Assembly (NCBI RefSeq): GCF_963921235.1
Contig: NC_086097.1
Location: forward strand, 162,690,001-162,754,000
From: Mobula hypostoma
Lineage: Eukaryota
Length of the DNA: 64,000 nucleotides
Reading direction: 5' to 3'
The position numbers were made by a program, and so were the translations under genes. The notes under the pieces were generated by a model, which worked only from the letters and a program-made list of their open reading frames with translations, was not told the DNA's origin and made no database searches. Positions 13,786-25,412 of the stretch are shown one piece after another. The stretch's first letter is position 1. Each line of letters starts with the position of its first letter.

Positions 13786-16298
13786 AGTTCCTTCACTTGG
13801 AGAGTGAAGTCTCTAATCGGGGGGGGGGGGGTGGTGTGGATGGTTATGGAGGCTCAGTTATTGAGATTCCACAGACCAATACAGATCAATAGAATTTTGG
13901 ATATTAAGAGAATCGAGTAAAAATGAAGTTTGTTCAGAGAAGTAGTGCTGAGGTAAACTAACTTACTGGTGGCGGAGCAGACACGGGATTCAATTCCTTG
14001 CACTGGATAATACTTAATACTTCTGGTCAGAAGACTTGTGATTTATAAAATAAAGTAGTCAAATATCTAGGGTTGCCTTTTATTGTCCAACACAGACGCA
14101 CTGGATTCTCTTAAAATATTGCAGTGAACAACTGCTTGGTCTATTTCTATTTATAAGAGACTCCTAAAAATGAAGCTTGCATGTGTTTGTCTGGTATCAT
14201 GCAATGCAGATCATGCTGGGCATTTGAATTGCAGGAATCCAAGAATTCTGTGGATGGATGTTGAGGTTGTTGGGGGGGGGGCATGTGATAATAGGTAAAA
14301 GAATTGGGTTGAAGCTTATCCTCAGTTGCATGCTTCGACTGTGGTAATGTGTGCTTAGTACTATGTAAAAAAAAGACTGGTTTCATGTAAGGCAATGTGA
14401 TCAAACTGTTATGCATCCAGTTCATATAACAAAGGGCACAATTTAACTGCTCTGTTTCTGTCTCTGTATGTGTTGTACTTGACAGGGATTGACATAATTT
14501 GGATATGCAGGAGATCAAGAAAAGTAGTGCTAATGTAAGAACTAAATTCTGACCGTTGAATGGTGGAGCAAGCACGAGGGACTTGATGTTTGTAGCAATT
14601 CAAGAAGGCAGGTACTTCCACCTTCTCAAGAAATTAGGGGTGGGTGGAGAAGTTGGCATTGCCAGCAATATTCAGATCTTGGAAAACAAATAATAAAAAA
14701 ATGTATTCTTTGTGTTTGTGCTTGAACAAGAAAGGTGGATAGTGAGAGAGAGGCTAACAATGGAAACGGTGTTGTGAATGGAGGGAATTGGGAGAAAGAA
14801 AATAAGCATCTAATCTGCATACAAACATTGGCATGAGAAATAATAGTAGGGTAATGTGTAACAGGTGTTGGAAATTTTCGGATGATTGATTGACCCACCA
14901 ATATAAGGACACAGCTGTAATTCTTGGCTCACATTGTTCGTGAGGTAGCAGCGTGCCAGAGCTCCTGAATAAATGATTACAGGAGTTGGTCTAGACCACA
15001 AATAGGTGTAAGAAAATTACCTTAACTCTTTCTGCAGTGGGATTAGTGTATGGAATTATTGGTCTTTTTTGAATGTCCTTTGTTGTTCAGTGATTACTGC
15101 AGGTAAGCACAGAAATTGTTTGACATCGGTCAATGTGATATGCCTGTGTTGTTGATTGTACAGAGTAGGGCAAGTTAGTGCCTCAGAAGTTACTGTGAGT
15201 AGGAGTGTGGGGTAGTGAGTTGAGGCTGCATTGATTGGCACCAATGGTGAGAAAATACTGGTCTTGGTCAGATGCTGATCTAGCATAAATTAGTGGGTGC
15301 ACAACTGTTGCTTACTAGTAAATGATTGGTGCAGCAAATGTGACTTTACAACATAAGTGTGGCTGGTGAAATTATTTCTCAGCTTGAACATTAAATCTAG
15401 AATGTGAATGCATGTTCCTTGTGTATGGTATCTCAGTGGATATTTGCAAAGTCTATACCATCCTGGCTTGGAACTATTTTGTCACTCCTTCATTGCTGAA
15501 TCTACATTGTGGAATTCGCTTGACTTACAGCATTGTGCATGTACATTCACTGGGTGGACTACAGTAGTTCATAAAGGTGTTCCATCACCATCTCCATGTC
15601 AAAAGTAGTATCCGTGCTGGCCTTGCCACTGATACCTGCATCCTGAAACTCAACCAGATATCACTGCTTTTGAGAGAGGGACCAAACAACTTTACAGAAA
15701 CACAAAACCTATGGCTGCTGCTGTTGTTGCTCTTGAGTTTTTAGCCGTAGTTGTGTACCTACTTATCTCCACTCTATTCACCCTCAGTACCTTATCACAA
15801 TTACTTAAGTCACAAGTTGTCATCCATTAGCTCTATCCTAAGTTGCTGTTTCGCAACTTTGTCATCTAACTCCTAACAATTCACATCTACTGACGCATTA
15901 TCCCAATGGCCACTTCACTGAGCCATTGCACGTCAGACCTCTGTGTGCTTTTGTGTGTGTTCTTTGTCACAGTTGCTTTGATGGGCATGTAGGCAACAAC
16001 TTCAGCTGTCATCATTCAGAATTATAAATACAACAGCAAGGCGTTTTGGTCAACACATAGAGCTTTACTTCAAGGAGAAGCAGAACTGAAAGGGTTTCAT
16101 TCTCAGACAGTTTTGAAAGAGGCAAGCATCTTTCTATTTTTTTTCTCCTCAGAACAAAGTGGTTTTGTTAATTTGCTGTAGCAGATTTTCTCTTTCTCTC
16201 ACTGTTTCCTGCTTGCTGTCACCTTTGCTTTGGGCTTGGAGCTTGAATTAATTATGATGATTGAATCGTAATGCTGGTAAGGCTGTTGTGAAAAGGAT

Positions 16299-16514
16299 AC
16301 ACAAAATGCTGGAGGAACTCAGCAGGCCAGGCAGCATCAATAGAAAAAAGTACAGTAGACGTTTTGGGCTGAGACCCTTCACGACACTTCAGAGGAGTCT
16401 TGGCCCGAAACATCGAGTGTACTTTTTTTCCATAGATGCTGCCTGACCTGCTGAGTTCCTCCAGCATTTTGTGTGCGTGGCTTGGATTTCCAGCATCTGC
16501 AGATTTTCTCTTGT
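16299..16514 (+). mobile_element. Palindromic Penelope-terminus-derived short element (decayed hammerheads)
   Basis: Inverted arms acacaaaatgctggaggaactcagcagg.../...cctgctgagttcctccagcattttgtgt span 16299-16474, plus tail ccagcatctgcaga. Imperfect 14-bp TSD at 16286-16299 and 16515-16528. Confidence 0.8.
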
Positions 16515-16602
16515 TTGTGCAAAGGGTAGAGAAGTTTTCTGTGGTTGTTCCTCACTTATGCCTCTATAAATTGAGTTTATTTAATTTTGGAGTTGATGTT
16601 CA

Positions 16603-16920
16603 AGCATCAGAATCAGTACTAGGTTTATTATCACTGATATATGCCATGAAATGTATTGCTTGTGGCAGCAGTCCAGTTCAAGATGTGAAAAAATGACTAT
16701 AAGTTACAACAAATAAATAGTGCACAAATGGACTGGTGAGGAATGGATTTGTGGACTGTTCAGAAATCTGATGGTGGAGGGGAAGAACCTCTCCCTAAGA
16801 TGTTGTATATGGGTATCCAGGACATGCCCTCCTCTCAACACTATCACCTCCTTGATGGTAGGACTGAGAAGAAGGCATGTCCTGGATAGTGAATGATCAT
16901 TACCACTGTTGTAATCCTCT
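16603..16920 (-). mobile_element. Rex1/Babar-type LINE 3' fragment
   Basis: Minus-strand THIQHLRERFFPSTIRFLN; 3' tail seen as tcagaatcag...aggtttatt on the + strand. Confidence 0.6.
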
Positions 16921-17226
16921 TTGTGGTCCCTGAAAATCACAATTATTATTAATTTATTAAGTGGAACTGATCAAATGAAGTTATTTGTGTTGCTGAATAT
17001 GGGCAGGGTCTAACTGATGGAGGCAGAATTTTAGGGGTGAAGTTAAGAACACAAAACTAGTCAAAGTTAATGCACATCCTCCACAGTTACTGCTGGGTGA
17101 GTTGTTCTCTCTGTTAATCACAGACATAAAATTGTGTCAATCAATTGTGACATGGGTGTTGTGTATTTAAAATTACAATAATATTTGAGTATATGCGTGT
17201 GTTAATCAATGAATGTCATAATTGTC

Positions 17227-18048
17227 AGCTGAGTGTCATGGTGATCACCAGTAGATATCTGGTTTAACGCGTCAGTAAAAGAAAGACCCAATGATTCATA
17301 AAGTAAAGGTCAATATGCTCAGCTTTTCAAATTACCTGTGCTAATTTGAGTAGATTTTAGTTTCCTTCATGCTGTGTACTTCACTGATTTGGAAAGGGTT
17401 AGATAGCCTCCCTCTAGGGTTTTTCCAGTGTTGCTTTGAGCTTGTTGAAGGGTTATGCTGAATTAGGCTGAACTTCTGTCTTGTTGAAGAGAGTAAAGAA
17501 CCCTTTGTAATCCTCCAGAAGAGATTGAGTACGTAATGTTTGAGAATCTTTGGAAATAAAACTGAGCCATAAGAAATATCTTCATGAGAAATTAACGGTG
17601 TCTTGTACTTGCTAATTCACAAGTTTAGAAGTGCACTGGACAGTCAGGATTTTGTTTTTGTGGGCAGGCACCAGCTGTGTGACTTTCTCTGCAGTGCTGT
17701 AGCCTGTAGTGAATGAAGATGAGCCTTCAGTTAAAGGGCCCCTTTATTCTCCCTGCAGGAAGCTACGCTTCAGAAGGATGAGTTCATCTGCTTCACGTGA
17801 GCTACAGTGTCCACAGGTATTTGGCCGTTCCATATCTCAGGAATCTGTGGAGAGCTCCTCAATGGAGGACTTCTGGAGCGAAGTGAGAAGTATTAAGGAG
17901 AGCAGACAGAATGGACAAGAGGAACAGACACTAGTGGAAGTCAAGCCATCTGAAGGTGAGTTCTAGAGCTGAGTGTCATGGTGATCACCAGTAGATATAT
18001 GGTTTAATGCATCAGTAAAAGAAAGACCCAATGATTCATAAAGTAAAG
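17227..18048 (+). repeat. 82-bp direct repeat pair (17227-17308 and 17967-18048) flanking exon A
   Basis: agctgagtgtcatggtgatcaccagtagat...atgattcataaagtaaag occurs twice; 79/82 identical by eye. Confidence 0.92.
17759..17955 (+). CDS. ARHGAP28: Rho GTPase-activating protein, ARHGAP18/28/40 family (ARHGAP28-like), internal coding exon A (probable exon 2)
   Basis: Pyrimidine tract + ctgcAG acceptor (17757-58), GTGAGT donor at 17956. Encodes KLRFRRMSS...FGRSISQESVESSSMEDFWSEVRSIKESRQNGQEEQTLVEVKPSE, matching the family SMEDFW motif. Ends in phase 1. Paralog symbol is tentative. Confidence 0.88.
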
Positions 18049-18409
18049 ATGTTTTTCACACCACTTACACAACCTTATGTACTCACAAATGAAAGTGGAA
18101 AATATGTTCTACACTTTGACAAGTAGAAAGCTGCTCTGAATCAATAAATACTAAGATCAAATCCTGAGCCATTTATTGCCAGTGTCATATTCCTGCCATG
18201 CATCTTCAATATTTAATTCTGCAATGTACAGAAAGGAAGAACTATATTCAGGAGTAGTAAGCACTTGTGGCTATTATATATTTAAACTGTGGTTCTACAC
18301 TGTACTTTGAGATTCTTACGCTAGTGCATCACTATTTGGGACAGCCAAGTTAATTATTTTTAACCATACTGCCTATGTTGCTGTTACTTTCTTTGGATGT
18401 AATGGAGAA

Positions 18410-19680
18410 GCTGGATTGTGTTTGGAATCAGAGAAAATTGTCTGAGGTATTAAATGAGTACTCTGTTTTGGTATTTTCAGAGCAGAAGGACTTGGAGGAT
18501 AGTGAAAGCAGAGCGGGCCTGTTGGTATAATTTGAGATTAAGGGGCAGTTAGTGCTGGGTCTTCTGGAAAATATTAAGGTAGATATCCCAGAATATTGAA
18601 GGAAGCAAATGAGGAGAATGCTGGGGCTTTGACAAGGATCATGGTGTCCTCATTAGCAACAGGCGGGTATTTATATACATTTGGAAAGGTATAGTCTATT
18701 TAGGGAGAATCAGTATGGCTTTGTGGTGGGACAGGTCTTGTGTTACAAACTTGATTGAGCTTGATGAGGGTAAGGCAATGGGTGTTATCCAGGTGGACTT
18801 GAGAAAGACATTTGACAGGTCCCTCACGTTAGGTTGATTCAAAAGATAAAGATGTACATGGCTCCAGGGTAAATTGCAAGTTTGGATTTGGAGCTGGCTT
18901 TCCCGTTGAAGATAGAAAGTAGGCGCAGAAGGCTGTTATTCTGACTGGAGGTCTGTAACCTGGGTGAAGACTTGAGATTCTGCAGATGCTGGAAATCCTT
19001 AGCAACATGTACAAAAGCTGGAGGAACTCAGCAGATTAGCCAGCATCTATGGAAGGGGATAAACAGTCAGTGCTTCGGGCCAAGACAATCAGGACCAATG
19101 AAGGGCTTTGGCCTGAAAAACCAACTATTTCCCTCCATAGATGTTGCGTGACTTTCTGAGATCCTCCAGCCTTTTGTGTGTGTTGCTGTGACCAGGGATG
19201 TTGTGCAAAGATTGTGAATGGGCTTCTGTTGTTTGTGTCATATGATCAGTGATTTAGATGAAGACGTAGGTGGGCATACTAACAAATTTTTGAATGACAC
19301 CAAGATTTTTGCACTTGTGGATGAAGAAAAGAATGATCAAAGAATTCATAGATTTGGACAGAGAAATGGCAGGTGGACTTTAATCTGGGAAAGTGAGAGG
19401 TGTTGCACTTCAGAAGGTCAAATGACAGGAAAAAGTATACAGTTAATGATGGGCTCTTTAATAGCTCTAAGGTACAGAAAGATCTTTGGTCCAGTTTCAT
19501 AGTTCGCTGAAAGTGGCGACACAAGTGGATAAGGTGGTAAAGGAGATGTATGAAATGCCTGCCTTCATTGGTAGGAATGTTGAGTGTGGGAGTAAGGAGG
19601 TCATCCTGCAGCTACGTAAAACATTAGTCAGACTGTACTTGGAGTATTATATGCTGTTCTGGTTGCCCCATTACCGGAAG
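18410..19680 (+). mobile_element. CR1-clade LINE RT fragment (decayed)
   Basis: Remnants of QYGFV..RSCVTNLIE, VDLRKTFDRS, NKFLNDTKI, HSSLKVATQVDKVVK and KTLVRLYLEY. Confidence 0.75.
18965..19185 (-). mobile_element. Palindromic Penelope-terminus-derived short element inserted in CR1
   Basis: ctgcagatgctggaaatc tail on the left; arms acaaaagctggaggaactcagc / ctgagatcctccagccttttgt; imperfect 12-bp TSD at 18953-18964 and 19186-19197. Confidence 0.75.
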
Positions 19681-20434
19681 ATCTGTCCCAATGTTGGCTT
19701 GTGTGGCTCAGGAGGAAAGTTAAATATTGACTTAGTGAAACATTTTGCCGACTCACTAGGATACAAAAGAAAGCCATTCATCCCATTGAGCTCATGCCAA
19801 CTCTCAGAAGAATCCTGTTAATCCCATCATGTTGGTGTTCATCACATCGTGCACATTGAAGGCATGGTTCCAGTTATTAGATAGGAGCTCTTCAACCAAT
19901 GGAAAGCACTTCTACTTTTCTGTACCTTGAAGAAATTGAATTATTCTTTAGCCTCTCAAATTAAGCTGTCACAGACCTAGCTAATATGAATTCTCTTGGT
20001 CAATAGTCCTTGGACTCTAAGTATCGCTCTGATAAAGTTGCTCTGCATTTCTTCCAAGGAAAATCCAAATTACAATATTAAGAAAGGTAGAAAATCCTTT
20101 AATAACACTAATTTTGTGTGGCAAGATGTATCGTGCACAATATTCTGATGGAGGACCCCATCTTTCCCAAAAGGATATCCTGCATTCTCTCTTCTAAATA
20201 GTTAGTATATTGAGAGGGTGAGATGTAGAGGGTTGGGAAGAGCCTTGTGTCCACCACAAATGCTGGAAGTGGTTATCTGGGCCATAGGCTGCTGCATTGT
20301 GGTAATACAGGATGTGCAGCAATGCCATGACACACAAGTTGAAGCATTCTGAAGACTTTATTTTTTTCAGTTGTTTAATGCCTCCCTTATTCAGTGTTGA
20401 ATTTTCCAGTTAATTTACATGCCTTGTGTTTCAG

Positions 20435-20652
20435 AAGGGGAAATGGAAGCAGAGTGGCTTCAGGAGGTGGGATTATCCACTCTTGTCTCGGGTGCTGCTG
20501 GAGAGGATGGGATGGCTCTGCTGTCCACCTTGACCCGGGCTCAGGCCGCAGCTGTCCAGCGCCGACTGGACACCTACACTCAGACCACGAGGAGAAGGAG
20601 CAAGCAGCCGGTCCGAGATGTTCGAGACGTATTTGGTCTTACTGACCCTCCA
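20435..20652 (+). CDS. ARHGAP28: ARHGAP18/28/40-family RhoGAP, coding exon B
   Basis: tttcAG acceptor, GTAAGT donor at 20653. Phase 1 start fits exon A. Encodes EGEMEAEWLQEVGLSTLVSG...LLSTLTRAQAAAVQRRLDTYTQTTRRRSKQPVRDVRDVFGLTDPP, the conserved N-terminal block of the family. Ends in phase 0. Confidence 0.93.
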
Positions 20653-21024
20653 GTAAGTTCATGTCATGACCCAACATGAAGACAATTCAAGTTATTTGTA
20701 TCTATTGAGGTACTTTGCTGTACATAGATGTAACATTTTAATGCACAAATTAATGTGAGTAAGGTGGGCTGTAAATATTTAATAATATTATATCCAGGTA
20801 ATCGGAGGCGACTGGTGAGGTGTCCATCTATACAGTGCCCCTACGACCCGGGGGGTTGCGGAGTCCGTAACCATAACCTGTGAGATTTTGGTTGAGTGAG
20901 AAGCAGTGTCTGCGAAACCAGGGAATTGTTTTTAACAATTTTCATGTCGACCTAAGTGAGCAGATAGAGATATAGTCGATATCCCATTTAAAAACTGTAA
21001 TGTCTGGCATTATAAGAGATGAGA

Positions 21025-21858
21025 GATTGTGCAGATGCTGCCTTCCCATCTATCTTCATATCGGTCGTAAACTTGGCCACAAAGCCATCAATTCTGTCAA
21101 CCAAATCATTGACATATAACATAAGAAGAAGCAGTCCCAGTATTGACCCATGCAGAACAACTCTAGTCACCGGCAGCCAACCTAAAAAGGTCTCCTTTAT
21201 TCCTACTCTGCCTCCTGTCAGTAGCCAATCTTCTATCCATGTTAAGAGTCTTTCCTATAATGCCATAGGCGCTTATCTTGCTAAGCAGCCTCATGTGTGG
21301 CACTTTGTCAAAGGCCTTCTGAAAATCCAAGTAAACAATATCCACTGACTCTTCTTTGTCTATCCTGCTTGTTATTTCCTCAAAGAACTCCAACATGTTT
21401 GTCAGCCAAGGTTTTCCCTTCAGGAAACCATACTCACTTTGGCCTATACTGTCTTGTGCCTCCAAGTACTCTGAAAACTCATCCTTAATCATACATTCCA
21501 ATATCATCCCAACTACCAGAGAGTAAGGTTAACTAGCGTATAATTTCTTCTGCTTTCCTCCTTAAAGAGAGGAATGACATTGGCTAATGATTCTTGAAAG
21601 ATCATCAAGCCTCAAATTTCTCGCATTATGCTAGTGTCTTTCACAGCGGAGGCTGATTCAAAATACTTATTAAGTTGATACTTATTTCTTTGTCCCCCAT
21701 TACTTCTCTGCAGTGTCATTTTCCAGTGGTCCAATGTCTACTTACACCTCTATTTTACTCTTTATATATCTGAAAAAAACCTTTGATATTCTAAATTACA
21801 TTATTGGGCAGCTTACCTACATATTTCACCTCTTCTCTCCTTATGCCTTTTTTCAGTT
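21025..21858 (-). mobile_element. CR1-clade LINE RT fragment (continues at 24141-24410 beyond the Penelope insertion)
   Basis: Minus-strand YGFLKGKPWLTNMLEFFEEIT...VDIVYLDFQKAFDKVPH and GSILGLLLLMLYVNDL...VAKFTTDMKI. Confidence 0.88.
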
Positions 21859-22169
21859 ACACAAAATATTCTGCAGATGCTGGGGTCAAAGCAACACGCA
21901 CAAAACGCTGGAGGAACTCAGCAGGTTGGGCAGCATCCGTGGAAACGAACAGTCAATGATTCGGGCCGAGACCCTTCATCAGGACTGAAGAAGGAGGGGG
22001 CAGGGGCCCTATAAAGAAGGTGGGGGGAGGGTGGGAAGGAGAAGGCTGGTAGGTGCCAGATGAAAAAGCAGTAAGGGGAAAGATTAAGGGGTGGGAGAGG
22101 GGAAACAGGGAGGGGATAGGTAGGAAAGGTGAAGAAGGAATAGGGGAAAGCACAATGGGTAGTAGAAGG

Positions 22170-23764
22170 AGCTCATCCTCAGCCACAAAACTCATAATTC
22201 CCACACCCTGCACTGCTCGGTTTTATCTCCTCCCCAAGGTCCACAAGCCTGACTGTCTCAGTAGACCCATAGTTTCTGCCTGCTCCTGCCCCACCCAACT
22301 TGTATCTGCCTACCTGGACTCCATTTTTTCACCCACAGTTCAGTCCCTCCCCACCTACATCCGGGATACATCCCATGCCTTCCACCTCTTCAATAACTTC
22401 CAGTTCCCTGGTCCCGACCGCTTCATTTTCACTATGGATGTCCAATCCTTTTACACTTCTATTCCCCATGAAGAAGGCCTTAAAACCCTCCGCTACTTTC
22501 TGGACAATAGACCTCACCAGTTCCCCACCACCACCACCCTCCTCTGGTTGGAGGAACAGGTACTCACACTTAATGACTTCTCTTTTGGCTCTTCCCACTT
22601 TCTTCAGACCAAGGGTGTAGCTATGGGCACTCGCATGGGCCCGAGCTATGCCTGCCTCTTCGTTGGTTATGTGGAACAGTCTATGCTCCAAACCTATACT
22701 GGTACTGGTCCCCAACTTTTCCTTTGCTACATTGACGACTACATTTGTGCTGCTTCCAGCACCCATGCTAAGCTCATCAATTTCATCGACTTTGCTTCTA
22801 ACTTCCACCCAGCCCTCAAACTCATTTGGTCCATCTCGGACACTTCTCTCCCCTTTCTTGATCTCTCAGTTTCCATCTCTGGAGACGGTCTGTCCACTGA
22901 CATCTTCTATAAGCCCACTGACTCTCATAACAACCTCGACTATACCTCTTCCCACCCTTCCACATGCAAAAATGCTATTCCCTATTCCCAGTTCCTCCAT
23001 CTCTGCCGCATCTGCTCCCAGGATGAGGCTTTCCGTTCCAGGACATCTCAAATGTCCTCTTTCTTTAAGGGTCGTGGTTTCCCTTCTGCCGTCATCAATG
23101 ATGCCCTCACCCGCATCTCCTCCATTTCCTGCACTTCGGCCCTCACCCCATCCTCCGTCACCACAACAGGGACAGAGTTCCCCTTGTCCTCACCTACCAC
23201 CCCACCAGCCTCTGGATCCAGCACATTATCCTCCGCAACTTCCGCCACCTTCAACAGGACCCCACCACTAAGCACATCTTTCCCTTTGTACCCCTCTTCA
23301 CTTTCCACAGGGATCAGTCCCTCCGCGACTCCCTGGTCCACACGTCCCTCCCCACGGATCTCCCACCTGGCACTTATCCCTGTAAGCGCAAGTGCTACAC
23401 CTGTCCCTACACCTCCTCTCATGCCACCATTCAGGGCCCCAAGCAGTCCTTCCAGGTGAGGCAACACTTCACTTGTGAGTCTGTTGGGGTCATCTATTGC
23501 ACCCGGTGCTCCCGGTGTGGCCTCCTCTACATCGGTGAAACCCGACACAGATTGGGGGACCGCTTCGTCGAGCACCTCCACTCCATCCGCCACAACAGAC
23601 AGGATCTCTCAGTAGGCACCCACTTCAACTCTGCTTCCCACTCCCATTCAGATATGTCCATACATGGCCTCCTCTACTGCCATGATGAGGCTAAACTCAG
23701 GTTGGAGGAGCAGCACCTCATATACCGTCTAGGTAGTCTCCAGCCCCTTGGAATGAACATTTAA
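22170..23764 (+). pseudogene. Penelope-like reverse transcriptase + GIY-YIG endonuclease ORF (frameshifted)
   Basis: RT motifs FYLLPKVHKPDCLSRPIVS, TMDVQSFYTSIP, QTKGVAMGTRMGPSYA, YIDD, PFLDL, FYKPTDS. Frameshifts follow about 23155. GIY-YIG block VIYCTRCSRCGLLYIGETRHRLGDRFVEH...RLEEQHLIYRLGSLQPLGMNI. Confidence 0.92.
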
Positions 23765-24048
23765 TGCTCCAACTTCCGTTAATTCCCTCCCCCTCCTTTC
23801 CCCTATCCCAGTTTCACTCTGCCCCCTCCTTCAGCTGCCTATCACCTCCCTCATGGTTCTGCCTCCTTCTACTACCCATTGTGTTTTCCCCTATTCTTTC
23901 TTCACCTTTCCTGCCTATCACCTCCCTGCTTCCCCTCCCCCACCCCTTTATCTTTCCCCTTACTGGTTTTTCACCTGGAACCTACCAGCCTTCTCCTTCC
24001 CACCCTCCCCCCCCACCTTCTCTATAGGGCCTCTGCCCCTTCCCTGTT

Positions 24049-24086
24049 CAGTCCTGACGAAGGGTCTCGGCCCGAAACGTTGACTG
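24049..24086 (+). ncRNA. Minimal type I hammerhead ribozyme in the PLE terminus
   Basis: cagtc-CTGACGA-a-gggt(ctcg)gccc-GAAA-cg-TT-gactg: stem I cagtc/gactg, intact catalytic boxes, stem II, palindromic ACGT stem III. Predicted cleavage after 24081. Confidence 0.8.
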
Positions 24087-25029
24087 TTCGTTTCCACAGG
24101 TGCTGCCCGACCTGTTGAGTTCCTCCAGCGTTTTGTGTGTTGCCTTTTTTTCAGTTGTTTTTTGTTGGTTTTTTCAAAGCTTCCCAATCCTTTAACTTCT
24201 GACTATTTTTTGCTGTATTGAATGCCCTCTTTTTTTTTTGCTTTTATGCTGTCTTTGACTTCCCTTGTCAGCCATGGTTGCATCGTACTGCCTTCACAAT
24301 ACTACTTCATCTTTGGGATATTTCTATACGTCAACTTTGGAATTGCTCCCAGAAACTCGAGCCATTGCTGTTCTACCATCATCCTTTCTAGCGTCCTCTT
24401 TCAATAATTGCATGAGGAGGATTAGAAAGTGCTGTCATTTTGCTATCTGTGGTTTTGTGTTTGCACTAACCCATGGTTTCTTAGCTATTTCAATGGTATT
24501 GTGACAGATTTATATTTTTAGAGTTGATGTCTGTTGTATTCCAGCCTTGATGCCAGTTAACACTGGTAAGTGTACTTCAGATTTTCTCTCAACTCTGGGA
24601 GCGCACAGTAAAAGTAATTAATGACAGAAGCATCAGCTGAGCACAGACTTTCACCTTTTAGAAACAGTGGTGATTTACTGGCTCATGAAGCAGGTTGATG
24701 TGGTTTCCTTGTCAGGTCTGTTACTGAAGGCAGGACAGACAAAACTAAATGATCATAAAATGACTGAAGTATGGTTTTTCTGGCTTAAATTTCTTAAGAG
24801 ATTTCTTTTGCCCTATAGGTCCCTGCCCTTCACATACACATACAATATTTCTTTTAGATGTAGCAAATGTTTCTGCTGTAACCACACTTCCAGAATCCTA
24901 TGACATTCTGCATGAAAAAGATATTCCTCATCTTGTCTCTGACCTTGTACCTATTATTTTTTAAATCTACGTACCCTGATTTTGACCCTTCAGTGAAGAA
25001 AATAGGTCCTGAATGTTTACTTCATTTAA

Positions 25030-25261
25030 GTCCCTCATAATTTTCAACATCTCAATTAAATCTTACCTCAGCCTCCAGTGTGTTCTCATCTTTCCTGTAC
25101 ATGGTAATTAGCACTCTGCATAACTTGAACAGGGTTGTATGCCCTGTCACTGGCTGTCCACCCTGTTGGCAAGGTCTTTCATTGATTCGATTATGGTTAT
25201 TGGATTTATCGAGTGTACCTGCAAAAAAACAAAGCTCAGGGTTGTATATGATATATAGACA

Positions 25262-25337
<76 letters not shown>

Positions 25338-25412
25338 TATACATACGTACATATACATACACATACATACATAGATACACTTTGATAATAAATTTGCTTT
25401 GTATTTTGAACA
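25030..25412 (+). mobile_element. LINE 3' tail (Rex1/Babar-like) containing a microsatellite
   Basis: ctcagggttgtatatg...actttgataataaatttgctttg tail, similar to other Rex-type tails in the window. Confidence 0.45.
25263..25380. repeat. (CA)n microsatellite with degenerate CATA extension
   Basis: About 30 perfect AC units followed by imperfect CA/TA units. Confidence 0.95.

Larger units (their letters stand above)
21859..24140 (+). mobile_element. Penelope-like retroelement (PLE), 5'-truncated, with an inverted copy of its 3' terminus
   Basis: RT + GIY-YIG coding remnant. 21859-22170 is the reverse complement of the 3' region (about 23850-24140) plus tail. TSD tgcc(t)6-7cagtt at 21844-21858 and 24141-24156. 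Confidence 0.93.

Noticed and set aside
22329..23593. Long antisense and alternate-frame ORFs over the Penelope element
   Set aside because: Shadow ORFs caused by the C-rich strand bias of the RT ORF.
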